Source of the DNA: a virus
Lineage: Duplodnaviria; Caudoviricetes
DNA: 64,000 nt
Strand: one strand, 5' to 3'
IMG/VR virus record: IMGVR_UViG_3300037462_000487
Span: 11,491 to 75,490 of that record
Both the position numbers and the translations under genes were made by a program. The notes under the pieces were generated by a model. It searched no databases, had not been told where the DNA came from, and saw only the letters and a program-made list of their open reading frames with translations. Position 1 is the first letter of the stretch. Every line of letters begins with the position of its first letter. Shown here one piece after another: positions 8,813-17,110 of the stretch.

Positions 8813-10243
8813 ATGGTTGGAAAGCTGATTCACGAACTCAATACGCAAACCGGGGGTGATGCGGTTAACAATGACGCAATTGCCCGCTATCTGAAAGACA
8901 CCATGCCGGCAGGCGGTCGCGCTGCCAGCGGGTACCTGTACGACGGTAACTCGCCGTTTGGAATTTACCCTAACGATCCGATCTCGCTGGTTGTCAGCGG
9001 TGGTTCCCCGCTGATGAACTGGATTCCTACGCGCTACATCAATGATCGGTTTGAGTATATCTCCCATCTGGAATGGGTTGCTCCCGAAGGTTTTGACGGT
9101 TCCCAGACGTATGCTGAGTATCTGGCTTCAGTCGATATGGATGACTGCGGCGGCGGCCCGGCGACGGATTGGAACGGCTTTACCTACCGGGTAAGCGGCG
9201 GACGTTTCCGCTGGCAGACTAAGATGATGAAGCCGTACCTGGACGGCGGTATGAAATACTATGAACAGCAGCCGATCTACACGATCCGCGGTTCCAACAT
9301 CGGGCAGCCGCTGGCTTCAGATCGGGAATGGGCGATTGCCCGGCTGTTTATGGTGATGCAGTCTCACTATGACTATGTGCTGAAAAGCGGTGAACGCGCC
9401 AACAGCAACATGGAGTGGGATGGCATTAAGACGGTGCTGGTGCCGGGTTATGTGCAGAACAATCTGGTTGGGCGTGGTACCCCCCACTGGGCCGACCCGA
9501 TGATTATCAACGGGCTGGCGATTAACAATGTGGCGGCGCTGCTTCAGGCGATCCGTCGGCTGGTGCGTCGCGCGATCAAGCGGCTGCGGATGCGTCAGTG
9601 GATCGTGCTGCCGGGAGACATTGCTATCTGGATGCCGGCGACGATGTGGGATCAGCTTGCCGAACACGTGGCTGCCGGTGGTATGTACAAGTACACCAAT
9701 GCTTACGGCTTCAACGGCGATATGTCGGCTGGCGACTTTATGCGGGCGCTCGAACAGACTCGCAGCGGTGGCTTTGGGTTTGGCAACATCGTAGTCGATG
9801 GTATTACGGTGCCGGTGATTGCTGACGACACGATTGGTATGAACGTCACGATTGATCCGTCAGGTACGCCGAAACCCGGTATTGCCGGCGATGTGTCGGT
9901 GCTGGTGCGGCGGGCTAACGGTATGACGCTGCTCGAACAGCAGATCGTTGACTGGACGAAGCTCACTTACCCGACGAATGGCCTGGAAAACATCGTGCAG
10001 ATGCCGCAGGGTCATGTTCGCGCCGGGTGGGTCACAGAAGCCAACAACTGCTACTACTACTATGCGGAAATGGCCGGGCGGTTTGTCAGCTACATGCAGC
10101 CGCTTCAGGGTGTGATCCGTAACGTGGTGATCGAAACGCTGGATGCGGCTGAAAATGAAGCCGGCACCTTCACCAGCCCTGACTTCTACCCGTATCGTGG
10201 TGTGGGTGGTGGTCGTGGTACTTCCCTGTTGACGGGCAGCTAA
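8813..10243 (+). CDS. Major capsid protein (HK97 fold presumed)
   Basis: 476 aa after protease/scaffold, strong RBS, strongly biased codon use, 3' hairpin. Confidence 0.8.
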   Translation: MVGKLIHELNTQTGGDAVNNDAIARYLKDTMPAGGRAASGYLYDGNSPFGIYPNDPISLVVSGGSPLMNWIPTRYINDRFEYISHLEWVAPEGFDGSQTYAEYLASVDMDDCGGGPATDWNGFTYRVSGGRFRWQTKMMKPYLDGGMKYYEQQPIYTIRGSNIGQPLASDREWAIARLFMVMQSHYDYVLKSGERANSNMEWDGIKTVLVPGYVQNNLVGRGTPHWADPMIINGLAINNVAALLQAIRRLVRRAIKRLRMRQWIVLPGDIAIWMPATMWDQLAEHVAAGGMYKYTNAYGFNGDMSAGDFMRALEQTRSGGFGFGNIVVDGITVPVIADDTIGMNVTIDPSGTPKPGIAGDVSVLVRRANGMTLLEQQIVDWTKLTYPTNGLENIVQMPQGHVRAGWVTEANNCYYYYAEMAGRFVSYMQPLQGVIRNVVIETLDAAENEAGTFTSPDFYPYRGVGGGRGTSLLTGS

Positions 10244-10257
10244 AGATACAGTATAAT
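10229..10257 (+). promoter_or_regulatory. sigma70 promoter overlapping the end of the capsid gene
   Basis: TTGACG-17-TATAAT. Confidence 0.7.
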
Positions 10258-10283
10258 GGGGAAAGTTAACTTTCCCCATTATA
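10252..10283. repeat. Perfect 32-bp palindrome (terminator, mRNA stabiliser or operator)
   Basis: TATAATGGGGAAAGTT|AACTTTCCCCATTATA. Confidence 0.9.
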
Positions 10284-10296
10284 TCTACCTAAAGGA

Positions 10297-10809
10297 TTGT
10301 CTATGACTACTCGGAACAACGTACCGGTGGTGGGCTTTGGTGAAGATGATAACCCGGCAGCCCGCACAACTCGTGGCAAAACGATGATTTATTTTATTGG
10401 CTATAAACTTGGTCTGGACGCTGAGGGTCGGCTGGCGGTGCCGCTGCTGGTGCAAGGACGTGAATATCATATGCCGCCGATTGGGCAGGGTATGGAAGTA
10501 GACAGCCTGGTCGCTTCCCATATCGCCAGCTACCTGCGGGTGTATGACCCCAAAGTTGGGTTTATCGACGGGGTAACGACGGATGCTACGCTGGCTGCGT
10601 CAGTTGCGGCAGCTTTCTTCCGCGGTGCGCTGACGGTTGACGACAACTACCAGCATTTTACTGAACTGGTGCGTGATAATGCGCTGCGTAATCTGACTGA
10701 TGAACAGTTGCAGGCAGAGATTGCGCGGCGGCAGAACACACCTGCCGAAGATACTGAGAAGAAACCGGCTGCCACTCGTAAGCAGGCAGCACAGAAAGAA
10801 CAGGAGTAA
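10297..10809 (+). CDS. Hypothetical head-associated protein
   Basis: RBS AAGGA; position after capsid gene; charged flexible C-terminus. Confidence 0.75.
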   Translation: MSMTTRNNVPVVGFGEDDNPAARTTRGKTMIYFIGYKLGLDAEGRLAVPLLVQGREYHMPPIGQGMEVDSLVASHIASYLRVYDPKVGFIDGVTTDATLAASVAAAFFRGALTVDDNYQHFTELVRDNALRNLTDEQLQAEIARRQNTPAEDTEKKPAATRKQAAQKEQE

Positions 10810-10812
10810 GCT

Positions 10813-11469
10813 ATGCCTCTTGCGACGATCACTAACAGCAATTTTGACACTCAGTGTGCCGCGGTTCCGGCTCCCTATGGGCCGCTGACTCGCGTCGATG
10901 CGGTTGCGGCGATTGGCCCGAACTCGGCTCAGCCGGTGAAAGTCACGTCGGCTCTCAGCACGACTTTCTTTATCTCGTATGATGAACTGGTAGATGTCGC
11001 TACCCGTAATCTGATCCTGGCGCAGGTGCATTCGGCGGATAACAAGCTTGATCCGGCGTACCGTCTGCATCTGCTGGCTCAGGCGGCTGTGGCTCATTTT
11101 GCGCCGATGGACGATGCTGGCTGGTACAGTCCGGCAGAATATAAGAAAATCATGCGTCTTTTCGGGTTTGCTAAACCGCTGGTAGCGCTGCTGCCGATTA
11201 CTTCCGCGCTGGATTATGATGCTCAGCCGGTGCAGGCTGACTTCACTGCGTCGGTGGCAGTTAAAACGGTGACGTTTACTAACACCAGCACCAACGGGGC
11301 GGAGTTTTTCCTGTGGGAGTTTGGCAACGGCAATACCAGCATTTTGCCGGGGTTTGCTCCTACGCCGGTTACACATGTTTATGCTACCGCAGCGACGTTC
11401 TCGGTGCGCCTGATTGCCGTGGGGCCGGGCGGTGTCAGCGTGCAGACTAAATCGGTGACGACAACCTAA
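10813..11469 (+). CDS. PKD-domain virion protein (head decoration candidate)
   Basis: ADFT..VTFTNTSTNG..FLWEFGNG..PVTHVYAT..FSVRLIAVGPGG PKD signature. Confidence 0.85.
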   Translation: MPLATITNSNFDTQCAAVPAPYGPLTRVDAVAAIGPNSAQPVKVTSALSTTFFISYDELVDVATRNLILAQVHSADNKLDPAYRLHLLAQAAVAHFAPMDDAGWYSPAEYKKIMRLFGFAKPLVALLPITSALDYDAQPVQADFTASVAVKTVTFTNTSTNGAEFFLWEFGNGNTSILPGFAPTPVTHVYATAATFSVRLIAVGPGGVSVQTKSVTTT

Positions 11470-11750
11470 TGCCCTGTACTAAATGCAGAACGTCGGTGCG
11501 GCGCGAAACTGTGCCGACGTTCATCGTTAACGACTCCGGCGACAACGATACACTAAGTCGCAAATATGCTGAAGTGCAGTTCAATCGAACTGTGGCAGTA
11601 AATTATTGTGGTGTGTACCGTCTCTTTCAGTCGTCGGAAGTTGTTAATCTACCTTACCCGTTGATTCGCACGCTGCTAGATATGCCGACCAGCCCGATTA
11701 TGTTTCGCTCAATCAATGAACGCTTTGTGTTTGAGGCGGCGTATGCTTGA
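11469..11750 (+). CDS. Small hypothetical protein with N-terminal CxxC
   Basis: MPCTKC start overlaps the upstream stop codon. Confidence 0.7.
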   Translation: MPCTKCRTSVRRETVPTFIVNDSGDNDTLSRKYAEVQFNRTVAVNYCGVYRLFQSSEVVNLPYPLIRTLLDMPTSPIMFRSINERFVFEAAYA

Positions 11751-12165
11751 ACTGGCATTTTTTGCCAATGTCTTGACTGTTTATTATCTGGTTGCCTGCC
11801 TGCGATTTGATGCAGCGATGACGCAGCCGTTTGTTAATTATCGGCGTGAAGTGCAGCAATTTTTAGTGTCTACTAACGATGCTGGTGATGTTATTACTGA
11901 AGTTATCACCTATCACCCCGGATTGTTTGATCGTATTCGTTTTCTCTTTGGCTTATATCGTGTTTCTCCCGACAATTCCCACGTCTGGGTAGTAAGGAAT
12001 GAACGTTTACCGGTCTGGGAATGCCCTAAATGCCTGTCTTTCTGGGTAGCTGTCGTGACGGCGGCTTTAACCGCTTCGCTGCTTAATAACCTGGTGTTTC
12101 TGCTGTTAATTATCCCGATTGCCGGTGGCAGCACCCTCTTACACGCAATTGACTATTCGGATTAA
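11743..12165 (+). CDS. DUF1360-like membrane protein
   Basis: Hydrophobic N- and C-termini, GLFDRIR and ECPKCLSFWVA motifs; start refined to ATG 11743. Confidence 0.7.
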   Translation: MLELAFFANVLTVYYLVACLRFDAAMTQPFVNYRREVQQFLVSTNDAGDVITEVITYHPGLFDRIRFLFGLYRVSPDNSHVWVVRNERLPVWECPKCLSFWVAVVTAALTASLLNNLVFLLLIIPIAGGSTLLHAIDYSD

Positions 12166-12177
12166 ATATGGTATAAT
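12149..12177 (+). promoter_or_regulatory. sigma70 promoter
   Basis: TTGACT-17-TATAAT, extended -10 TG. Confidence 0.8.
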
Positions 12178-12183
12178 TAAGTT

Positions 12184-13497
12184 ATGAAAATTACGCCGGA
12201 ACTACTTCGTTCTCCCCAAACGCAAACCGAACTTGATCTTATCAGCAATACTTTGCTGGTTGATCTGAATCGTTTTGCTGCGGTTGCCTGCGCAGATGGG
12301 CGGTTTCACGGGGTAGAAACGCTGTGTGATAGCTGTAGTCAGGAATTTAATGCCTGTTTGCGTCGCCACGCATTAACCGGACTGCTGCAAGCGCAGATTA
12401 TGGTCGAAAAAAATCTTAACTATGCCGTAACACCGCGTTTTTATGCTGAAACGCAGCCCTGGGACGGCGTTTCCCGGCTGGTTCTGAAACACCCTGGCTT
12501 AAAAACTTTTGGGGTACGCGAGTCGATTGCGTCGGCACCTGGTACGACGGTATTCCCCGTCACCCCTTACCTCATCAACAACCTGTCCCTCGTTGATACA
12601 GGAGAAGGCTACTGCGTAGCACAGCTTCCACGGAATTTAGTTGCTAACCCTGACCAGGTGCAGCTAAGAACCAGCGGGGGGTTAAACGTCGAACAGGATA
12701 TACGCTTTGGTTATCCGCGACGCACGTCTTCGCATTGGGAGTTAGCTATCCCCTACGCAGTCGGCACGTCTTCCTGTAGTGGACCACTTAACGTGCAGCA
12801 TTGCCGCTATCTGGTGGTGACTACCGACACCAAAACAGTAACTACTGGCGAAGTTCTACCCGTTTACACAGGAACGCTGCAAAAAATTCCGGTAGTTAAA
12901 AAAGTAGTTGACGGCACCAACACTCACTGGTGGTTTAACGTCTGGGATTTGTTTGACCCTGAATTTTTTGAACAGGGTATGAATTGGGGGCAGTTTGAAA
13001 CGTACAAACTGCTGGACAGCATTGAATTAAAACACTTTACCACTATTGCTGCCGAAGCTGTAATTACGTATCGAGAAAGAGGGAAAGACACCTATAACAC
13101 CATTGCGGCTCCCGATTTTAAAATACATGATTACCGCAACAGCGTTGTTGAAATTATGCTGCCGCCAGCTTTAACTGGTAGCTGCTATGATCGGGAAATT
13201 GTCAGCGTGGCGTATCATTATCACACTACCCCGGAACTACTGCTTGGCAACTCCGGTGAGTCGCTGGCGACGGCAATCAGTTATTTAGTTGCCGCTGAAC
13301 TACCGCTCGAAGTTTGTAAATGCGATGTCGATCACGGTTTTATCAAAACTGCGCAGTCGGCTTACAGTAAAGTAGTGATTAATCCGGTTACAGGAATGCA
13401 ATATGAAAATTTTGAATACGGCTCCCTGTACGGACAGGTGACATTTAAAGAAATACTCAGTCGCATTCCGCATTATGTAAAGGTGGTTAAACTATGA
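12184..13497 (+). CDS. Putative head-tail adaptor/connector
   Basis: Position; N- and C-terminal helices around a beta-rich middle (AQIMVEKNLNY..FYAET; LATAISYLVAAEL) resemble gp6-like adaptors with an insertion. Confidence 0.5.
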   Translation: MKITPELLRSPQTQTELDLISNTLLVDLNRFAAVACADGRFHGVETLCDSCSQEFNACLRRHALTGLLQAQIMVEKNLNYAVTPRFYAETQPWDGVSRLVLKHPGLKTFGVRESIASAPGTTVFPVTPYLINNLSLVDTGEGYCVAQLPRNLVANPDQVQLRTSGGLNVEQDIRFGYPRRTSSHWELAIPYAVGTSSCSGPLNVQHCRYLVVTTDTKTVTTGEVLPVYTGTLQKIPVVKKVVDGTNTHWWFNVWDLFDPEFFEQGMNWGQFETYKLLDSIELKHFTTIAAEAVITYRERGKDTYNTIAAPDFKIHDYRNSVVEIMLPPALTGSCYDREIVSVAYHYHTTPELLLGNSGESLATAISYLVAAELPLEVCKCDVDHGFIKTAQSAYSKVVINPVTGMQYENFEYGSLYGQVTFKEILSRIPHYVKVVKL

Positions 13498-13769
13498 CTG
13501 AAGACAAGACACTGCTGCCTGATGCTCTCCCCATTGTCAAAGAAAAGCCGCAGCCGCCGGCAAAAATTACCGTGCGTTTGCTGGTGAAGAACTACCAGAA
13601 GCGTGGACGTGTTTATCAGAATGTGAATGATGCGCAGGATGTTCGCATTCTGGCAGATGCGCCTTACACCTGTGTTCCTTTCTCGGTTTCTGCCAGTGAT
13701 TGGAAACAAAGTGAACTGGTTGTCAACGACCCCGCTATTCAAATTGCTATTAATCTAGTCAGTCGCTAA
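13494..13769 (+). CDS. Hypothetical virion protein
   Basis: Translationally coupled ORF in the neck region. Confidence 0.7.
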   Translation: MTEDKTLLPDALPIVKEKPQPPAKITVRLLVKNYQKRGRVYQNVNDAQDVRILADAPYTCVPFSVSASDWKQSELVVNDPAIQIAINLVSR

Positions 13770-13778
13770 GGAGTCGCT

Positions 13779-15281
13779 ATGAGTGGTAAGCCTGTGTCCT
13801 GGGGACAAAAACTTACGTCGAAAGATTATGAACTGATGATGCAGGGGGACACCCCCATTAGTGCGCCGATCAGCCTGGCAGGCGAACACGCGCTGACCGG
13901 GTTGAATCAGAACCTGTCTGAAATGGTGACGCAGCGGATCACGGTTAAGATTAACGGGCGGATGGTTGATCGTGAAATCGTGGTGCGTCCTGCCGATCAG
14001 ATGTCGCTGACGGCGACGCTGTTTTTCAATAACAACTTTGAAACGCCGGCGCTGGCCCGCGCTCGCAGTAGTCGCCGGGCAGTTGGCACGACGCTGTATG
14101 CGGTTAACCTGTGCCCGACTGATCCCAAGACGAAGCACGCTTACATCTTCCCGGACGGGATTATGAACCCGCCGGCGCGTGTCAACGACGCGGTGACGAT
14201 TAACGAAACCACGATGGCGGAATGGCAGACTGAAATCCGTTTCTCGGAAGAAGTTCTGCTGCGTGAAATCGGCGCGTTTAAGAACAAAGGCACCGGCAGC
14301 GCTCTGTACGCAGTGGCGTACATGTCGGAAGAATGCCAGACGGCTACCAGCAGCACGATGTACAGCGATGCGGTGGCAGTGGGTGGCGCTGGTGGTGTTG
14401 GGGATGAAGTGCTGGTGCTGGTTACGTCAAACCGCTTCGCAACTACGACTGCCAAAACCTCACTCCCGTCTCCGGCAGGAACGGTGGGTACGTCGGTTTA
14501 CACCAATGGTAATGTCGTGCTGATTGGTTTCTCGGATAAAGCTAAATCGACTTATGGTTCGGGTGCTTCCAGCGATCCCGCGACGGGTGGTGTGTTGTTC
14601 AGCGCCGATGCGCTGGAAACTACGCCGGCAGTTGATGCCAATATCACGCCGTCGATCATGGCGGTTGGCGAGTTTGGCGGGCAGTACCTGGCGGCTGGTG
14701 GTGCGGGTCTGGGTGCGGCGTATCTGGCTCGCAGCACTGACGGCGTTAACTGGACGCAGGTTACTTCCGGTGCGCTGCCGGCTGACGAAGCGATTACCGA
14801 TTTTGCGGTAGACGCGCTGGCAGGTAAGCTGTACCTGGTGACGGAAGCCGGCAGTCTGCTGCTCGGTCAGGAAAGCGGCGGCACGCTGGTGATTACCGAC
14901 ATCACCGCTTCGCTGCCGGCAGGAGCCACCGCGCTGTACACCGCCAAAGCCTTTGGCAAAAATCACATTGCCGTAGGTGGCGCAGGCAACTACTACGCCG
15001 AAACTGTCGATGGCGTGACCTGGACTTCGCCGGCTGTTCCCGGCAGCGCGGCAATCTTCGACATCGAAGGTACTGCGCATCGCAGCGTGCTGGCGACGGG
15101 TTCGCGGGTGTACGTGCGGGATGTGATGACGGGCTTCAACTACACTGCGGTAGCTAACCAGAATGGCGCTACGTTTGGCACCTTTAGCGGGCTGGCTATG
15201 GCGGAATACAATCACTACCTGGCTGTCACCGCAACGGGTGAGGCTGCCAGCGTGACTCACTTCAGCCCCTACGATATTTAA
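13779..15281 (+). CDS. Major tail tube protein with C-terminal Asp-box beta-propeller-like domain
   Basis: Position before chaperones/TMP, AAGGAG RBS, followed by a terminator; Asp-boxes RSTDGVNWT and ETVDGVTWT. Confidence 0.7.
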   Translation: MSGKPVSWGQKLTSKDYELMMQGDTPISAPISLAGEHALTGLNQNLSEMVTQRITVKINGRMVDREIVVRPADQMSLTATLFFNNNFETPALARARSSRRAVGTTLYAVNLCPTDPKTKHAYIFPDGIMNPPARVNDAVTINETTMAEWQTEIRFSEEVLLREIGAFKNKGTGSALYAVAYMSEECQTATSSTMYSDAVAVGGAGGVGDEVLVLVTSNRFATTTAKTSLPSPAGTVGTSVYTNGNVVLIGFSDKAKSTYGSGASSDPATGGVLFSADALETTPAVDANITPSIMAVGEFGGQYLAAGGAGLGAAYLARSTDGVNWTQVTSGALPADEAITDFAVDALAGKLYLVTEAGSLLLGQESGGTLVITDITASLPAGATALYTAKAFGKNHIAVGGAGNYYAETVDGVTWTSPAVPGSAAIFDIEGTAHRSVLATGSRVYVRDVMTGFNYTAVANQNGATFGTFSGLAMAEYNHYLAVTATGEAASVTHFSPYDI

Positions 15282-15303
15282 GTTAGTTCAGTAAGACAAA
15301 AGT

Positions 15304-15332
15304 AAAGGCACTCTTGACAGAGTGCCTTTTTT
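15304..15332 (+). terminator. Intrinsic terminator after the tail tube gene
   Basis: AAAGGCACTC-TTGACA-GAGTGCCTTT followed by TTT. Confidence 0.85.
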
Positions 15333-15342
15333 GTGTTATACT
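15314..15342 (+). promoter_or_regulatory. sigma70 promoter whose -35 box is the terminator loop
   Basis: TTGACA-17-TATACT with extended -10 TG. Confidence 0.75.
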
Positions 15343-15357
15343 TTGTTGTAGTGAATC

Positions 15358-15999
15358 GTGACAATCAATGAGAGACGGGCTATGGCTAAAAAAGATATGG
15401 ATTACCCGAACACTTCGACGGTGATTATTGATCGGGAACTGCAACACCCGGAAAACCCGGAAGTGACGCTGCGTTTTACTGGCGATCTGGAATTTCTGCT
15501 GTCAGATGTGGAAGACTATGCTGCCAAGCTGCGTGAAGGTCGGCGTATTCCGCAAAATACTGACACCATTATGCCCGATGACTGGATTCTGGAAGCGATT
15601 GAAAGTCTGCCGGAAATCCAGAAACTGCCTAAAATCACCCGTACCGAAGCCACCGCTCGCAATAAAACCATTCTGGAGCTTGCCCGCAGCTACTATACAC
15701 AGCAGGAGCGCGTGGTGATGTCAGATGCGCTTATTCTGGCGCTGACGATTGACAACGATCTAACCGAAGAACCGTCGCCGTATGAAAAGTCTAAAATGCG
15801 GGCGCGTCCAGGGCTGCCGACGCTGCCGGAAATTCAGCGTGATCTGACTAATCCGGTAGAACGCCGTCTGAAGCAGGTAATGGATCGGCTGCTGCAAATT
15901 CCGGGAGCGCTCGGTCAGGTGCGCGACATGACGGATACGCTGACGGTGGAAATGAGGTCGCTGATGCAGCGCGACCGCGACGGCTTTCGCAACCGATGA
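15358..15999 (+). CDS. Tail assembly chaperone (gpG-like)
   Basis: Between tail tube and TMP, followed by an overlapping ORF in another frame. Confidence 0.65.
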   Translation: MTINERRAMAKKDMDYPNTSTVIIDRELQHPENPEVTLRFTGDLEFLLSDVEDYAAKLREGRRIPQNTDTIMPDDWILEAIESLPEIQKLPKITRTEATARNKTILELARSYYTQQERVVMSDALILALTIDNDLTEEPSPYEKSKMRARPGLPTLPEIQRDLTNPVERRLKQVMDRLLQIPGALGQVRDMTDTLTVEMRSLMQRDRDGFRNR

Positions 16000-16393
16000 T
16001 TTAACTGAGATTGCCATTAAGCAGTACAGCCCGACGGTTTTTTCGCGCAAACACGAGCGTGACTTGCCGGTGTGGTTTGTTTATAACGAATTAATGACAT
16101 TTCTCAAACAGGCGGCAAAATCCAGTCAGGTCTGGGAGCAGTATTTAGTTGAGCTTCAGGGGCCAGATACCATTCAATCTGCGCCCCGACGCTACAATGA
16201 TTTAAACATGATTTTAGAGTTACGTATTCCGCTGCATGAATGGGACAATCCACATCTTTACACTCCGCGTCGGCAGGCTGAAATTCGAGCGCAGCGCTAC
16301 CTCAAAGCAATGGTCGATTTTGTCGAGCGCCATTACGAAAAACAGGATAAAGCCTTAAAAGACGCAGCAGCAAAGGGTTCCGCTAATGGCTAA
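15986..16393 (+). CDS. Tail assembly chaperone extension (gpT-like), probably frameshift-expressed
   Basis: Frame open from 15965 to 16393; ORF-track start 16064 is a TTG without a good RBS. Confidence 0.55.
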   Translation, partial: FATDDLTEIAIKQYSPTVFSRKHERDLPVWFVYNELMTFLKQAAKSSQVWEQYLVELQGPDTIQSAPRRYNDLNMILELRIPLHEWDNPHLYTPRRQAEIRAQRYLKAMVDFVERHYEKQDKALKDAAAKGSANG

Positions 16394-17108
16394 TCGGTTT
16401 ATTCAATTTAAAGGTAGAACTTTCAGTAAAGACGAGTTTGAAAACCTGATTGGCGACTCTTTACGGCAAGACATCGAAGCTCACGTCGATGCTGCCGTTG
16501 ATGCGGTTGTAGATGCTTTTGCTCAGCTTAAAAAAGACATGATTGCCGGCAGCGCCGCCGGCCGTGCACCCGGAGCCAAAACACAACGCGAACCGGGATT
16601 TAAGCATCTGGGATTGGCCCTTACTCCCCGACAGGAAACTATTAAAATCGGGCGGTATCGTGGGCGTATTCGCTCGGTAGTTGAAGTAGAGATTACATCA
16701 CTGAAAACTGATGAAAATAACGCCTTTAACGCTATGGATCGCGGAATACCCGGCCGCCAGGGGAAAAGATCGGTTATTGGAACCCATCAAAACTATATGC
16801 GTTTTCCGCGTTATGAAGGTACTACTCTGACTCGCACCGGCACCAGTCTGACGGTTACTCCAATTAAAATGGGAAAAGATCGAGTCAAAGCGAAAACTAA
16901 CCGTCAAGGTCGTGTTATTGACGATTGGGTGACGGTGCGTACCGTGCAGCCAGTTGCTCCGTTCAGACTATTTGAACGGCTGCGTCACGCTGCCCGCAAA
17001 CAATTACGGGAAGTGTTTGCCGGTACGTCTTCCGCGCAATGGCTGCCAGAACGTTTAAAAACAGGGGTAGCTGATGTTAAAATAACTGTTCAGGATCGTG
17101 AGGATTAA
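16386..17108 (+). CDS. Putative tail completion/neck protein (HK97 gp10-like)
   Basis: Basic protein, NAFNAMDRGIPG..MRFP..VRTVQPVAP..FERL pattern. Confidence 0.4.
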   Translation: MANRFIQFKGRTFSKDEFENLIGDSLRQDIEAHVDAAVDAVVDAFAQLKKDMIAGSAAGRAPGAKTQREPGFKHLGLALTPRQETIKIGRYRGRIRSVVEVEITSLKTDENNAFNAMDRGIPGRQGKRSVIGTHQNYMRFPRYEGTTLTRTGTSLTVTPIKMGKDRVKAKTNRQGRVIDDWVTVRTVQPVAPFRLFERLRHAARKQLREVFAGTSSAQWLPERLKTGVADVKITVQDRED

Positions 17109-17110
17109 CT

